A DNA stretch of 64,000 nucleotides from Schmidtea polychroa (Eukaryota). Below are positions 34,272-47,500 of the stretch, piece after piece. The position numbers and the translations under genes were made by a program. Where the stretch lies: assembly GCA_044892525.1 (NCBI GenBank), contig CM097885.1, forward strand, positions 112,344,001-112,408,000, written 5' to 3'. The stretch's first letter is position 1, and each line of letters begins with the position of its first letter. The notes beneath the pieces are model-generated. The model made no database searches. It was not told the DNA's origin and worked only from the letters and a program-made list of their open reading frames with translations.

Positions 34272-36895
34272 GGGTGGCAAAACTTTCAAGTCTTGCGGGC
34301 GACTTTTAACTAAATTAAATCTGGCGGTCTACCAGAAAAACTATTTTCAATTGTTACCTGTAGTTATTCTATTTATTCTATTTAAATACAAAACGAATTA
34401 GAAAAAAACTTATAATACTTTACTAGAACGTAAACATATCTTAATATAATATTATTTACTGCTACTACTTGCACCTGATACGTGGCACTGCATCTTATCA
34501 GCAAGTTCTTCGTATTTCGGGCAATAGGAGCTTATGGCGATCCGCAAGCATGATTCCAAATGATCATCTGTCAAACAAGATCGATGTTTTGTTTTAATGA
34601 CATTCATTGAAGAAAAGGCTGATTCACAAAGATAGGTGGATCCAAAAAATGCGGACATATATTCAACTACTCTCCGCAAAATTGGATATTTTTCTTCTGA
34701 AATAAGATTCCAAAAATTATCTTCGGTTGTAGCTCTTGATTTTAAGTAAATGTCGCTTTTCAACGCTATTATCTCATCTTCTAAGCAAGCTGAATCTGAA
34801 TCCAGAAATTCATTAATCTGAGTAGCGATCTCCTCTGTATCAATAACATCATTAAACGGGAATGACATGAACATAGCAATATTTGCAATTTTAGATAAAT
34901 CTGCGAAACGTGTGTTAAATTCATTTAAAAGGGTAGTAATTTGATTTGTATATTTATCGTAAAGAATTCCTGGCGCATTTTTGGATTCTTCTTCCATGTT
35001 TTTAAAATGTTTCAAATCACCCCGTTCTAGTTGACGCACAAACAAGGACAGTTTCTCTTTAAACGTCTTTACTGCCGTTATCATGTCAAGAATTGATTTG
35101 TGTCTCCCCTGAAGCTGTAAATTTAATTTATTCAGGTGCTCTGTAATGTCGCAAAGAAAAGCAAGATTTATCAGCCAACTTTTATCCTCCAGTTCGGGAT
35201 ATAATTCTTCTCTTCCAGTCAAAAACTGTTTTATTCCGGGCAAAAGATCTCTAAATCGTTTTAAAAATGCTGCACGGCTAAGCCATCTTACATCCGTGTG
35301 TAACAATAATTCAGTATTTTCAATTTCACATTGTTCAAGCAAAGTTCGAAATTGACGTCGTTGTAGACTTTTTGCACGTATCGAATTTACTATTTTAAAC
35401 GCAATATTCATTACATAATTAGAGTTCAACACTTTGGAGCATAAGGTTTGCTGGTGGATAATGCAATGATACGAATGAAAACTGGGAATTTCTTCATCAT
35501 TTTTGCAAAGTGTTACAAATCCGACATGTTTTCCGATCATAGACGGAGCTCCATCCGTGGTAATTGATACCAACTTGTGAATCGGGAAATGGGTGCGACT
35601 TATAAAAGACTTGAATAAATTGTAAATATCTTGACCCCTTGTTTGTCCTTTCATTGGAAGAATAGTCAATAATTCTTCTCTGGTTGACATATCATCAAAA
35701 ACCATTCGAATGAAGATGCATAGTTGCGCAGTATCAGTGAAATCTGTAGATTCATCAAATTGCAAAGAGAAAAAGCGGCATTTTCGAATATCTTGCCGCA
35801 AAATATCTTCCAAGTTTTTGCTAATGTCCACCATTCTTTGCGTGCTAGTATTGCGCGTCAATGACATATTGTTGATACAATCCATTATTTCGGATTTATT
35901 TTTAAAATCTTTGAATAACACCTCACCAGCTTCAACAAACGCCTGTTTCCATATTTCGCCATCTCCAAAAGGTTTTTTATGTTTCATCAAAATATTAACT
36001 ACCTTGAATGATGCTAGGGTAGCTGTTTTTGATTTTGAGTTAAATTTCGTAAAAAAAGTTTGTTGTGCACCTAATTGAGACTTTAACTGCTTGACTTTGT
36101 CTTTTCGTACCTCGGAATGTAATGGAAAGTCATACTGTTTGTGCACTGTTCGAAAATGTCGTTCAACGTTAGCTCTTTTAGGTAGTGCTACGTTTGAATT
36201 ACAAATGAGACAAACACACTTATCTTTCATCATTATGAAAAAAAATTCCTGTTCCCATTCAGTATTATAATGGTACGTTTTAGTTTTTTTGGCCGGTTGT
36301 GTCATTGGGGCTAAAACAAGAAAATAATAAAAGCTAAAATAAATTTAATATGAAAATTAATGTTAGACACACTTACATACTCAAAAATTAAAAATGTTAA
36401 CTTTTATAAAGAATTTTTTTTAATAAAAAAATTTTGAAATTAATATTATAAGCAGGTATTATTCAATACTGAATACTTCAAGCTTTCAAATTTTTCTAAC
36501 GAAAACAATTTGATTTCAAAATTGAAATAGACAAACACACGTTTGTTGTATTTTATTTTGGTTGTTTTTTATTTTTTTATTCCTTATCGAAGATTGTAGC
36601 GTCAATGTTTTGCTTTTATTTTATGGCCTACTTGTTCAAACACATGAAATTTATTCTGATTATTAGCTAACTGTATATATTTGAATTTCAAACTAAAAAT
36701 TTACTACACTCTGAGTGTTATCTGACTAATATTATGTTTCTTATTGGAATTTTTTTGTCATATGAATCGAAACTTATTTTAAATATGTTTATAAAGTTAG
36801 AAATTCAATAAATAAAAAACTGATTTTTATATGCAATTTTCCATAGTGCTAGCGGGCTACTTTCGATAGCTACGCGGTCGACGCTTTTGCCAGCC

Positions 36896-36898
<3 letters not shown>
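34269..36898 (-). mobile_element. Full-length Buster/SPIN-type hAT transposon
   Basis: TIRs CAGGGGTGGCAAAAC / CAGGGCTGGCAAAAG; ATATATAT on both sides; intact ORF. Confidence 0.95.
34452..36305 (-). CDS. hAT transposase (617 aa, GTF2IRD2/SPIN-Buster-like)
   Basis: BED finger CVCLIC..RHF..H, FDESTD, ITTDGAPSM, HCIIHQQ, VRWLSR, TYLCESAFS; uninterrupted. Confidence 0.95.
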   Translation of the reverse strand: MTQPAKKTKTYHYNTEWEQEFFFIMMKDKCVCLICNSNVALPKRANVERHFRTVHKQYDFPLHSEVRKDKVKQLKSQLGAQQTFFTKFNSKSKTATLASFKVVNILMKHKKPFGDGEIWKQAFVEAGEVLFKDFKNKSEIMDCINNMSLTRNTSTQRMVDISKNLEDILRQDIRKCRFFSLQFDESTDFTDTAQLCIFIRMVFDDMSTREELLTILPMKGQTRGQDIYNLFKSFISRTHFPIHKLVSITTDGAPSMIGKHVGFVTLCKNDEEIPSFHSYHCIIHQQTLCSKVLNSNYVMNIAFKIVNSIRAKSLQRRQFRTLLEQCEIENTELLLHTDVRWLSRAAFLKRFRDLLPGIKQFLTGREELYPELEDKSWLINLAFLCDITEHLNKLNLQLQGRHKSILDMITAVKTFKEKLSLFVRQLERGDLKHFKNMEEESKNAPGILYDKYTNQITTLLNEFNTRFADLSKIANIAMFMSFPFNDVIDTEEIATQINEFLDSDSACLEDEIIALKSDIYLKSRATTEDNFWNLISEEKYPILRRVVEYMSAFFGSTYLCESAFSSMNVIKTKHRSCLTDDHLESCLRIAISSYCPKYEELADKMQCHVSGASSSSK

Positions 36899-36968
<70 letters not shown>

Positions 36969-36999
36969 CGGCATTTCAGTCACAACTCACTCTTTATGC

Positions 37000-38035
37000 C
37001 AAAGTTTTTTGTTGCTGAGAAAATTTGTAAAACTACTTCAGAGTAAGGAAGTTTGTTATTTATTATATACATATGTTATTTATATTTTTTTCTTTTTTTT
37101 GTCATAGGAACGTAGGATTGGCCGAGATCTTTGTTGTTATCACTTTGTTGAGGTTATAAAATAATTAAAAATAAAATAAAATTATATTTGTTATGAAAGA
37201 CGTTAAAGACTGTTCAAGGAGAGAAGTGCGAAGAAATAAATTGGTTAGAAAGACTTGAGAAGGTGTATCAGTAAACGGGAAAAGCACAAAAAAAGCGAAT
37301 TGAGGAAAATCGATAAAAGATTCATAAATTCAAATTAAAGTCTGGAAAATTTGTCATGTGGAACAGGTAGCGATGACGGAATTTTCAGAAAATGCTTGGA
37401 AGGGTGCGAAAAGGTGCGTAAAAGATGAAAACAAGAAAATGAAATTAATTAATTAATTAATTAATTAATTAACTAGTAGAAAGAAATCCCGAGTTGGGTA
37501 AACAAAGAGAAAAGTAAACAGAAGGAAAATTTGGGCCCATTATCGTGTCACAATGATTAATGGAAGAAGACCAAGAAAAGATAGTGCGTGACGGGCTTTT
37601 AATTATCTTTGTTCGTCGGACCATTCTGAGTGACAGTCGAAACAGTTTATTCGAATGCCAGGAAAGAGATTGGCTCGGCAATAATCATTAGTTTTCCTAA
37701 TTTCGAAGAGTATATAATGAATGGGAAAATCAGAGCAAATCGGCATTTTGCCTCAGCTAAAGTTAGAAGAAATCGAGCTTAGGAAAAGGTAAAAACGAAT
37801 TTAGGAGATTAGGGAAAAAGAAGATATAGAATAAGAATTCTTAAGGGTGAAAAAGGATCGAATCAAAGAGAAAAAGGGAAAACGTACGTCAAGAGAACCT
37901 AAGGAACTAAAGGTGAATATTATCTTTATCAAAGTCTTGTAAATTGTAGATTATAGAATTTGAATACAAATATACGTTTAGTTGTGTTTGTCTAATTGTT
38001 TTTATAAAACACGTGGAGTCAGAATCACTTACTTT
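37000..38035. mobile_element. LTR-like dispersed repeat related to 9060-9300 and to the 16853 LTR
   Basis: Shared TCAC.TT.TTGAGG.TA(T)AAAATAA motif; AAAACACGTGGAGTC end versus AAAAGCACGCTTGGAGTC in the 16853 LTR. Confidence 0.45.
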
Positions 38036-38528
38036 AATAAGCAAGTGCAGATATTGACGAGTAGAATGAAATACATGAAATACATGAGCCAGCAGCAGCG
38101 AAAAGGTTAATTTCTGGACATTGAATAAAAATCTATATCATTTGTTTTGGCTAAACATGTGATTATATACCTCAACCAGTGTCAAGATTATGCATATTAT
38201 AAAATATATAAATTTAAAACAAATGTATCTTAAATTCTCGAAATTTGGAATTTTCTAGAACATATATCGTAAAAATTATTGATAAAAATTTATATTTTTA
38301 AATAAAAATTTTAAAACATTTTAAATTTAGGCTTGTGTTAAATAAATTATAAAGATCATAATTATTTTTTAAAAATAAGAAAGTGTCGGTTCTTGTTTAA
38401 ATCTGTTTCCCGAGAAACCTGATAACGCTTGAATTTGAATATATTTATTTTTTGAAAAAAACTACAAATTGTAATAATTATAAAAAAATTAATTTAAGAA
38501 ATCAATATTTATTTTAAAATTATTTTAT

Positions 38529-41500
38529 ATGGAAAGAGATAGAAAAGAACTGTCACTCACAATAAAACAGGAAGGTATTTCAGTCATCATAAATTAATGA
38601 TAATAACATTTTTTGTTCAGATGGAATTTCAGAAAGGTTAGATAGTGGTTCACAATCAGGCAAATCTAGAATTTCCGAGAACTCAAATCGTAAATCAATA
38701 AAGACTTCTGAAATTCCGAAAAGTACAAAATATTTGAATTTTATTGTTAATTAAAATATTTTGTCAAGATAATTTAAAAGAGCTACAGAAGTCAAAAAAT
38801 CCGTTTAAATTTAGAGATGATGTTGACATATTTGCCTTGCGTGACGAAGAAAGAAAAGTTAAACTGGAAGTAAGAATAATAATAAATAAAAATTACGTTA
38901 ATTTGATTCAATTGTATTAGGAACGTGAGAGACAGCGCCATTTAAAAGTTCACGAAAAAACTTATGGAATTGATTCGCGAATAAAATTTAGACAAGTTGC
39001 ATTGCTAAAAGACTCGGACGAGGAGGAATCAGCAACACAAGATCAAAGTTTAGTTGTCAAAGAAGATCCAGAATTTGTTATTTCTGCCACCAAAGGTATA
39101 GGAAAGTCAATTTATAAATATTTCTTGTTGTCTTGTTTTATTAATAATCGATATAATTTCTAAAAATTTTGATATTACAGTAAGCCCTCGAATAACACGG
39201 TTAATCGGTACCGTATCATTTGAAACTAGGAATAATAAAAAAATAAAAGTTGGAAATCAGCAGAAGTTTTATTACACATTTTTAAAAATAACTTAAAAAT
39301 AACAATTCATTAACAAAATGAAAATAACAATTAATGAACATTAATTATAAACGAATAAATTATTTATTAAATTATAAACGCAATGTTTCCTTTAGTATTA
39401 TTAATCGCTGTCATCATCCAAACGTCGTATTTTAATATATATTATAAGAACTTTTATTTCTTCCAATGTCACCACTGATTATTTTATCCATTGAATTAAA
39501 AAGAGAGCTTGAAGACTATAAATCAGTAATATATCGATGTTTGTTGATACTCAAGAATTTTCGGCACTGCCTTTTTCAAGTGAAATTTACTTTTTTACAA
39601 GTGAATTCACTTGAAAAAGGCAGTGCTGAAAATTCGTGAGTATCAACAAACATCGATATATTACTGATTNNNNNNNNNNNNNNNNNNNNNNNNNNNNNNN
39701 NNNNNNNNNNNNNNNNNNNNNNNNNNNNNNNNNNNNNNNNNNNNNNNNNNNNNNNNNNNNNNNNNNNNNNNNNNNNNNNNNNNNNNNNNNNNNNNNNNNN
39801 NNNNNNNNNNNNNNNNNNNNNNNNNNNNNNNNNTAAAATGAAAAAATACAATTTGCTAAATAATGCATTATTATCTATGTTGTTTAGGAATTTCCTAAAA
39901 ATATACACTGTTATTGCAGGGTTGTCGCAATTTTTTACCGTGTTGTTTGAAACTTCTTGTAATTCAAGTGCCATGTTATTCGAGGGCTTACTGTAGTAAG
40001 TTAAATAAAATAATATTAAATCATTATTAATTTATATATACCTATCCCTACCAACACCAGATTTCAAAAGAATCAAGAAACAGTTTTTTGTTTACGAAAA
40101 TATTAAAGAAAGATTCGTTAATAATTATCTTAAAATATTTTTTTCACTTGACCTAGGTCTTCACATTTTAAAAAGTAACAAAGATTTTCACATATTTTAA
40201 GAAAATTTGATAAACGAAACAAAGTTCTAAATTTTTACCCGGCTCTAAAATCACTAGTAGAAAGTCGAAAATTATGGCCAATATTTATTAGAACATTTAC
40301 TAACATATAGAGTTTGAGCATTTATTCCTGTGGGCTCTTCCTTAGTCATCCAATAACTTAGCTAAATCACTGTGGAATCATCAATTTAAATTTCTCTTCT
40401 AAATGAAAAAATAATTTAAAATCTTACAATCATATCTTTATTTTGATATTTTCAGATCGCCAGGCTGAAAAAGAGACATTATCAGAATATATCACAAAGA
40501 AAAGAGAAATGTTTTTACTCCAATATTCTCTTGGTGTTAAACGAGAAGAAATGCGAAAGCTTGAAGAAATAGCTTCGGCGGAAGAAAAGAAATTGGAATT
40601 GGCTGAGCAGTATTTGGAAGAAGACGCGGCAATGTTTGATGAATTTCTGAAAGAAAACGACAAGAACGCTGTTGATGCGATGAAAGTGTACGCATTTTAA
40701 TTAAACAAACAATTTTATCTTTTCGTTTTTAGTGCTGAAAATGAAAGCAAAGAAAGAATGGCTAAAGTGAGCGAAGTTAAAAGTTTAAATACGCAATTAA
40801 TGCAAATAAAATCCGAAATCAATAAATATGAAGAACAATTAAAAGAATATAAGATGTACAAAGAATTTTTAGATAGATTGATACCTGAGAACATAAGATT
40901 GGAGAGGGAAGCGGCGTCAAAAGCTAGAAGGGAAGCTAAACGAAAAGTTAAACAAGAAGAAGAAGCCATTGGTAAATTTATATGGATAAATTTCATATTT
41001 TAATATTGTTTATTTTGAAACGAAACCTGATGCGTTCAATAAGTCTGTCGCCTAATATAGACTTAAAAATAATAACTCAGCTATTTTTTATTTTGAAGTA
41101 GTCATATAAGTATAGGTTAGTGATGGCAGACCTTTTTCGCATGTGAGTCAAAATTGAAATCATCTTTTAGAAATATTAACTATTTTTTAAGTTTTTAAAA
41201 TATATATGTAAATATATTTTTTTTTGGATTAGAAGTAGATTAGAGCATATTATATAAGATATTATTATTTTACAATAAAAACAAAGAAGACTCAATATCA
41301 AAAAAATGATATTATACAATATTATACAACATGTTTAACCATTAAAGTGCTTAGGAGCGCCATCGCGCCTCACATGTGATCGTATCCACTTTAACATTAT
41401 TTGCAAAAATATCTTATAAATTTTTATTAGTTTTAATTATTACATTTAAAATGTATTTGTATGTGAAATTTTTATTAAAATACATGTTAAAAATTATGAA

Positions 41501-44500
41501 AAATATTAAATATTTAAAAAGCCACCTCTTTTCATCGTTTTTTTGTTCAGAAAATTTGAATAGTATATAGCAGCGTTTCCCAATTTTTTTTGACCGCGGC
41601 CCGGTACGAGATTTAAAGATTTTTCGCAACCCACACTTTGGGAAACGCTGTGCTGTATGAAAGAGTACAAATACACACTTCAGTACTATTCATAGTGAAT
41701 AACCGATGTAAAAGAACATTTTTTTGTGTTTTTACAATTTTTGCCGCGACCCGCCGCAATCCACACTTTGAAAAACGCTGGTATATAGAATAATTGGTAA
41801 GCACTCAAATGGTTAATGTGGCATTGCTGTTGCTTATTTTTAGATAATTCTTGTACATTGGTTCATTACTTTTAGACATGTGGTTGTCAATTTATTACCA
41901 GGTCTATTTTTTTGCTTGGATATTTAGTGATTGGTCTAAAATTGACAACACACAATTAATGAATGTAAATTCTTATTCTTTGAATGGGTCCACAGCTTCA
42001 AAAGTTTGAGAAACACTGGATTAAATATATCCATAAAAACTTGTTTTCAATTAAAGAATGTTTGATACTTTGTTTAAATTGCAGAATAAATCCAATATTT
42101 TTTCCAATCATACCATCAGTTGTTTTAGAGCATATTATTTAAGATATTATTATTTTATAATAAAAACAAAGAATATTCAATATAAAAAAATGATATTATA
42201 CAATATCAATATTATTCTGAAAATTCCTTAAAAACTAGGTTTGCCAGATTTTCACTAAGACAAACCGGGACGTCTGGCAACCCAAACATTTTGGCATTTT
42301 AAATTAGGGTAACTATATAAAAAATTAAAATAATAAACCAAGTATAAATGAAATAATTTTCTGTAAATCAATATTCATTTTCACAAATGTTTCAGCTAAT
42401 TAGTTTAAAACATCCAGGTCGGTAGTTCTTCCTGTCAATGTTATTAATTCGACCAGTTTTTCCCTAATTATATTTCCTGATTTACATTTGAAAAAGCTGC
42501 CAGTTATGCGTAACCACTTACGTCCTTGCTATCATCTAAAGAAATTGCATATGTTTCGGCACATTTTAAATCGTAATTTATTTAAGAAATATTTTCATCT
42601 AATATTAATATTCGTTCTTTAGTTGAATTGCAACTTATAGTCAACTCATTAATGCACTTTATTATCAAGCCTTTTTTTAAATCAGAAGATAGGACAGAAC
42701 TACATTCGAGAAACGGCTCTTTTAAAAACTCACCTCCCAAAAGAAGTTTTCCATGTCGTGATATACAATGTACTACATGAAAATTATCAGATGAGATATT
42801 TTTACGAATTAAAAATATTTTCACTCATTAAACTGTCAGAACTTTTTAAAATTTTGTCGTATGTTAGATATTTTTGTTTAGTGTACTCGTACAGGTCGCC
42901 AAACTGTCAAACAATAAATATATTAGAACAACATGAAGTGTTTATCTTCACTGGATATTAATTTAGTTGCAAAAAAAGTAAAACATCCGAATCCCGATTT
43001 GGGGATCAGGGAAGCTAATGGGTTAAATATATTGCTTTCTAATTTTTATTGTTTTAACTTTTGAGGAAAATATTACTTTTTTCTTCTGCTGTTAAGGAAA
43101 CGAGATTTGTATGTATCTTTTCAAAATTTCACTGTGATATTTTCCTAGCAAATTATAGAAAGAATTTTCTTGTTTATCTGAAAAGCTCCGTATTTTCCAA
43201 ACCATTCTGTTTGATTTGGCCTTGAACTCGTATCATTCGTCTTAAGTTTCTTAACCGCTGACATGCTAAATATCTTAATTAATATTTATAATTAGAATAT
43301 ATTAAATTTTAAATAGAAATTTATTTACTTACTGAAAACTTTATAAATCATTAATTTGAGGAGCTTGTACCTTTCTACGTCGTTCGTTTGGTGATACAAA
43401 TAGTGAAAACATTCATTAAGTGTTTTGCAAAGTCTTCTGCAAAATTGTTATACTATAAAAATATTATTCTGAAAATTCTTTAAAAACTTGCTATTGTAAA
43501 TATTCGCAGTAGGCTTAGTAATGACAAATAAAATGCAATTAGGAAAAGTAAGAAATTGTGTGTCCTTTTATTTGAAAAATTTCAAAAGTTTTACAAAACA
43601 CTTAAAATCACTTAAAATAGTTTATTGGATCAGTGGATGACCCGTGGGTCATAGGTTCGCCATCGCTCGTATAGGTGAAGGAAATGAAATTTGTTTTACT
43701 CTGTCATTTTTCTTTATCTTTATCATTATAACACCAGATTTTTGACAAATTGTTTAAGTCATGATACACTGATTCTTTGTTTTCATAAACCGACCAACAG
43801 TGAAAATCACAGGTTGTTGCAGTCTACCAATCAGAAGGATGCTCCATCTCTATAAACTGTAAAATACTGGGTGGTTGCATTTTGAGGTGGTCGCACATCA
43901 GTTTTTGATGAAAACAGAAAAAGTCAACCTCGAGAAATTTCTGACAATATGAACGAGTTTTTTGAAAATGGGGCAGGAGGAGTAAAGATTACAGTATTAG
44001 CGTGAAAGTGTGCTTGCACTACTGAAGGTCTAGGTGTGCGAAAAATGTGTTCACGATTTGTGTCTCATTTTCTCTTAGATGAAATTATGGGAAATCATTG
44101 CATCATCTGTGAAAACAACATCGACATTTGACAGCAGCATAAGGTAAGTTCGTGTAGAATAGTCTAACAAATAAGGAGATTCCACTTAGTACAAATATTT
44201 CTTAGTTCAAGAAAGTTAGTTGAGATTAAGGCTGAATACTACAACAACATTGTAGCGGAAGTCAAAACGAAGGGTAGAAGGTAGACATAGACGCGGCTGT
44301 GGTTTTGCTTGACAATACGCCTGTTTACTCAGCCAGAATTTCCCATGTCAGAATTGAGTAGCCTGGCTTGAAAACTCTCCTTATAGTCCTAATCTCGCTC
44401 GAGGCGACTTCTAACTCTTACGAAATTAAAAGAAGCATCTAAAAAGAAAATCAGTCACTGGTGTGTAAAATTTACAGAGCCCGATCTAGAAGATCTTCGA

Positions 44501-47500
44501 GGAATACACGCTGGATTTTTTCAAAAATGCATTTTTAGAACTCCTGCAGCTCTGACAGATATATATGGAGTGACATGAGTCATGCATAGAAAAGTAATGT
44601 TTTGCTGTTTTTAGCGTGTTTAAAAAATCAAAGTTCTACCGTTTTAATTTCCACAATAAACCTGGGACTTATTGAATGCACCACGTATATTTTAGTTTTG
44701 TTAGTAAAGTATAATATGGTAGCGTACTAAGTAAATATTTTTGGAAAAACGAGTCGTAAAAATATTTTTTATATATTTAAGTAATGCCTTTTTTCGTCAC
44801 TTGAAAAATTTTTAAAAATTTTGTTGAGCAAAAAACGACTAGCCATACCACAATATTATTCCTTGGCCTATTTTCATTTTTCCTTTTGTTATCCCAGATA
44901 TTTTGGTCAGTTTGTTTACTGAGTATACTTTATTATTTTCAAACGACAAACACATTTATTATGAGATTATAATAATTGCTAATTAAATTATTTACACAAA
45001 TTAATTTCAGCCCGTATTGCGAGGACCAATAGCGAAAGCAGTAGCCAGTCCAGTCGGAAACGTTCAATGGTCAAAAAACCAATTGATTTAAACCTGTCAA
45101 AGTTTGTTATTAATTTAATTTTAGAACATATCTGATATTTTATAACTTTGGGATCATAAAAAACTTTTATTTAGTCTTTTTTACGCTATTTTATTTAGTT
45201 GACTGTTGTGCAAAAATTCTTTGAACATTTATATAAATACAAACGACCTAAACAACACAAAGATATATCAGTAAGCATATCCTGAGAATAAAAAGACATA
45301 TTTAATGAAATTACTTAAATAAATGACAATCGGATAAGTCTTAACTCCTGGTGTTCTTTAACCTTTTGAGTGAAGCCTTTTTTCTAAATACAAAATGGTG
45401 AGCTTCCGGCCCCGCGCCTTTTTGTGGTTAGTTAAATAAAAACTAACCCTTGATTATTTTTTATTTTGTTAGTTTTTATTTAACTAACCACAAAAAGCGC
45501 CCGGGCCGGAAGCTCACCAAAAAGGTTGCAGAAAAGTACGTTATTTCAGCAAATACATTATCAACAATCCGTACGAACAAAGAAAAATTAAAAAATGTGC
45601 TACGTGATAATCCATTCTTAATAAAAAGAAAGAGAATGAGGACAGGAAAATTTGATATGGTAGATAGTGCTGTCAGAAGCTTCGTTTGCTTATTTGCGTA
45701 TGAACGTTAAAATGCCTCTGGGTCTCAATTCCATTCTTGTGAGTGATGTGTCGGCTGCTTTTTTGATGACCTGGTCGATAACTGTCTTCCAGAACTTACT
45801 TCCATCACTACGTCGGTAGACAAAGAAGACGCCGTCAAGAAAATCAGAGGTTTGTCCTTGGCTTCTGGACTATGCATAATTGTGTGGATGTCAATCTGTC
45901 CCGTAATAATAATTCATTTGAAGCTTGGAATCGGGCATTTCAGCAGACAGCCGACTGTCAAAATCCATTTGTCTACAAGATTGTCGATCATTTCCGGAAG
46001 GAGCAGGATAGATTGGTCTTTTTAATTCAACGTTAATAATCTGTTTTCAGAAATTCGGAGGTATCCAAGTCAAAAATGATTCTTAGGAGTAAATTACTGA
46101 AATTTATTTTATAAAAAACCAAAAAACCAATATACTTTATTTTTTTTTCATTTTTTGTTTTATATTTTTTTTTAAAAATGTTAAATAATATATTTTGTTC
46201 TTCTATTTTCAAATTTTAGTAATCAAATTTTATTAAGAGTTGAAACTGTAGCCGACCAAAAAGAACTAAGACTAGAAGATTATAGCAGCGATGATTCGGT
46301 ATGTTCCATTTTATTTGAAATTTTTTATTAATTTTTTTAGGAAATGGATTTATACTTCAAAGATCATCAAGACATGCTTAATATATTTACGGAATTGGAA
46401 GAGTCCAATCTTAGCCTAATTCAGACATGTCAAGAAACCGAAGAATCCCTGGATGAGCTTAAACAAATTAAACAAGCAACTGAATTAAAAATGTAATAAT
46501 TATTTTATATTAATCATTTTAGATATTCTAAAAAGGCAGAAATTTTTCTAAATTTGTTTTACAAAACATATCCTAGACCACTTGGTGCCCGCGGAATTTT
46601 TTCCAGGGGAGCAAATTTATTAGAAATTTTATCCATGTCATGATGACCAATGAAAAAAGCCACTTATTAAAATAAATAGTTTACAAGTAACGTAATTTGT
46701 TTACGTCTATCAAAAATATTGGATCAGAATTCTTTTACGGTTCAGTAATTAATATAGATTTAATTATTGGGATTAATATTAATATTATATTTTTGGGGTC
46801 GTAAAAGAATTCTGATCCAAAATATTAGTGTAATTATGAGATAGCTTGTTTAAACAAAAATTATTTTAGGGAGTTTAGTTTAAAAGTTTTTTCTGAAAAA
46901 ATACTTTCACCTGTTAATAATTTGATTAGATGGGGATGGATTATTGATAGTGCTATATAATAGGAGTTCCACCTATATTCAATGGAATTGTTCGATGACT
47001 ACTATAAACTTTTTAAGAAAACAAATGCAACTTCTTCTCAAAGTATATATATATATATATAAGTTTGTGATTATTCTGTGACGTACGAGCTGTATCTTTT
47101 TAAAGTCAGTGCATGAAGTGTTCATTATATTACTAAGGAAACATCGATTCAAATCAATGTCAAAAGGTGCTAAAAATAACATTTCAATGGGAGTGAGTAG
47201 GGAGTAAATAATGACACTGGGACTTGAAACAATCTTTATGCTTGGTACGAAACAGAATATATTGTAGGGGAAATTGTGATTTATCGTAGTCGTGTTCTGA
47301 CGAAAGCTAAGGAATCGTATAAGCATCAAAGAGAATCGGGCGAAGAAATAAAGGAGACGTTTTCAAAGGAATGGCTTGACAACTCGTATCCGGGCATTAT
47401 NNNNNNNNNNNNNNNNNNNNNNNNNNNNNNNNNNNNNNNNNNNNNNNNNNNNNNNNNNNNNNNNNNNNNNNNNNNNNNNNNNNNNNNNNNNNNNNNNNNN

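Larger units (their letters stand above)
33745..36984. mobile_element. LTR-like segment bounded by TGTGAC...GTCACA, containing the (TA)n tract hit by the hAT element
   Basis: Termini TGTGACGGAATGC / GCATTTCAGTCACA; no matching TSD found. Confidence 0.35.
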
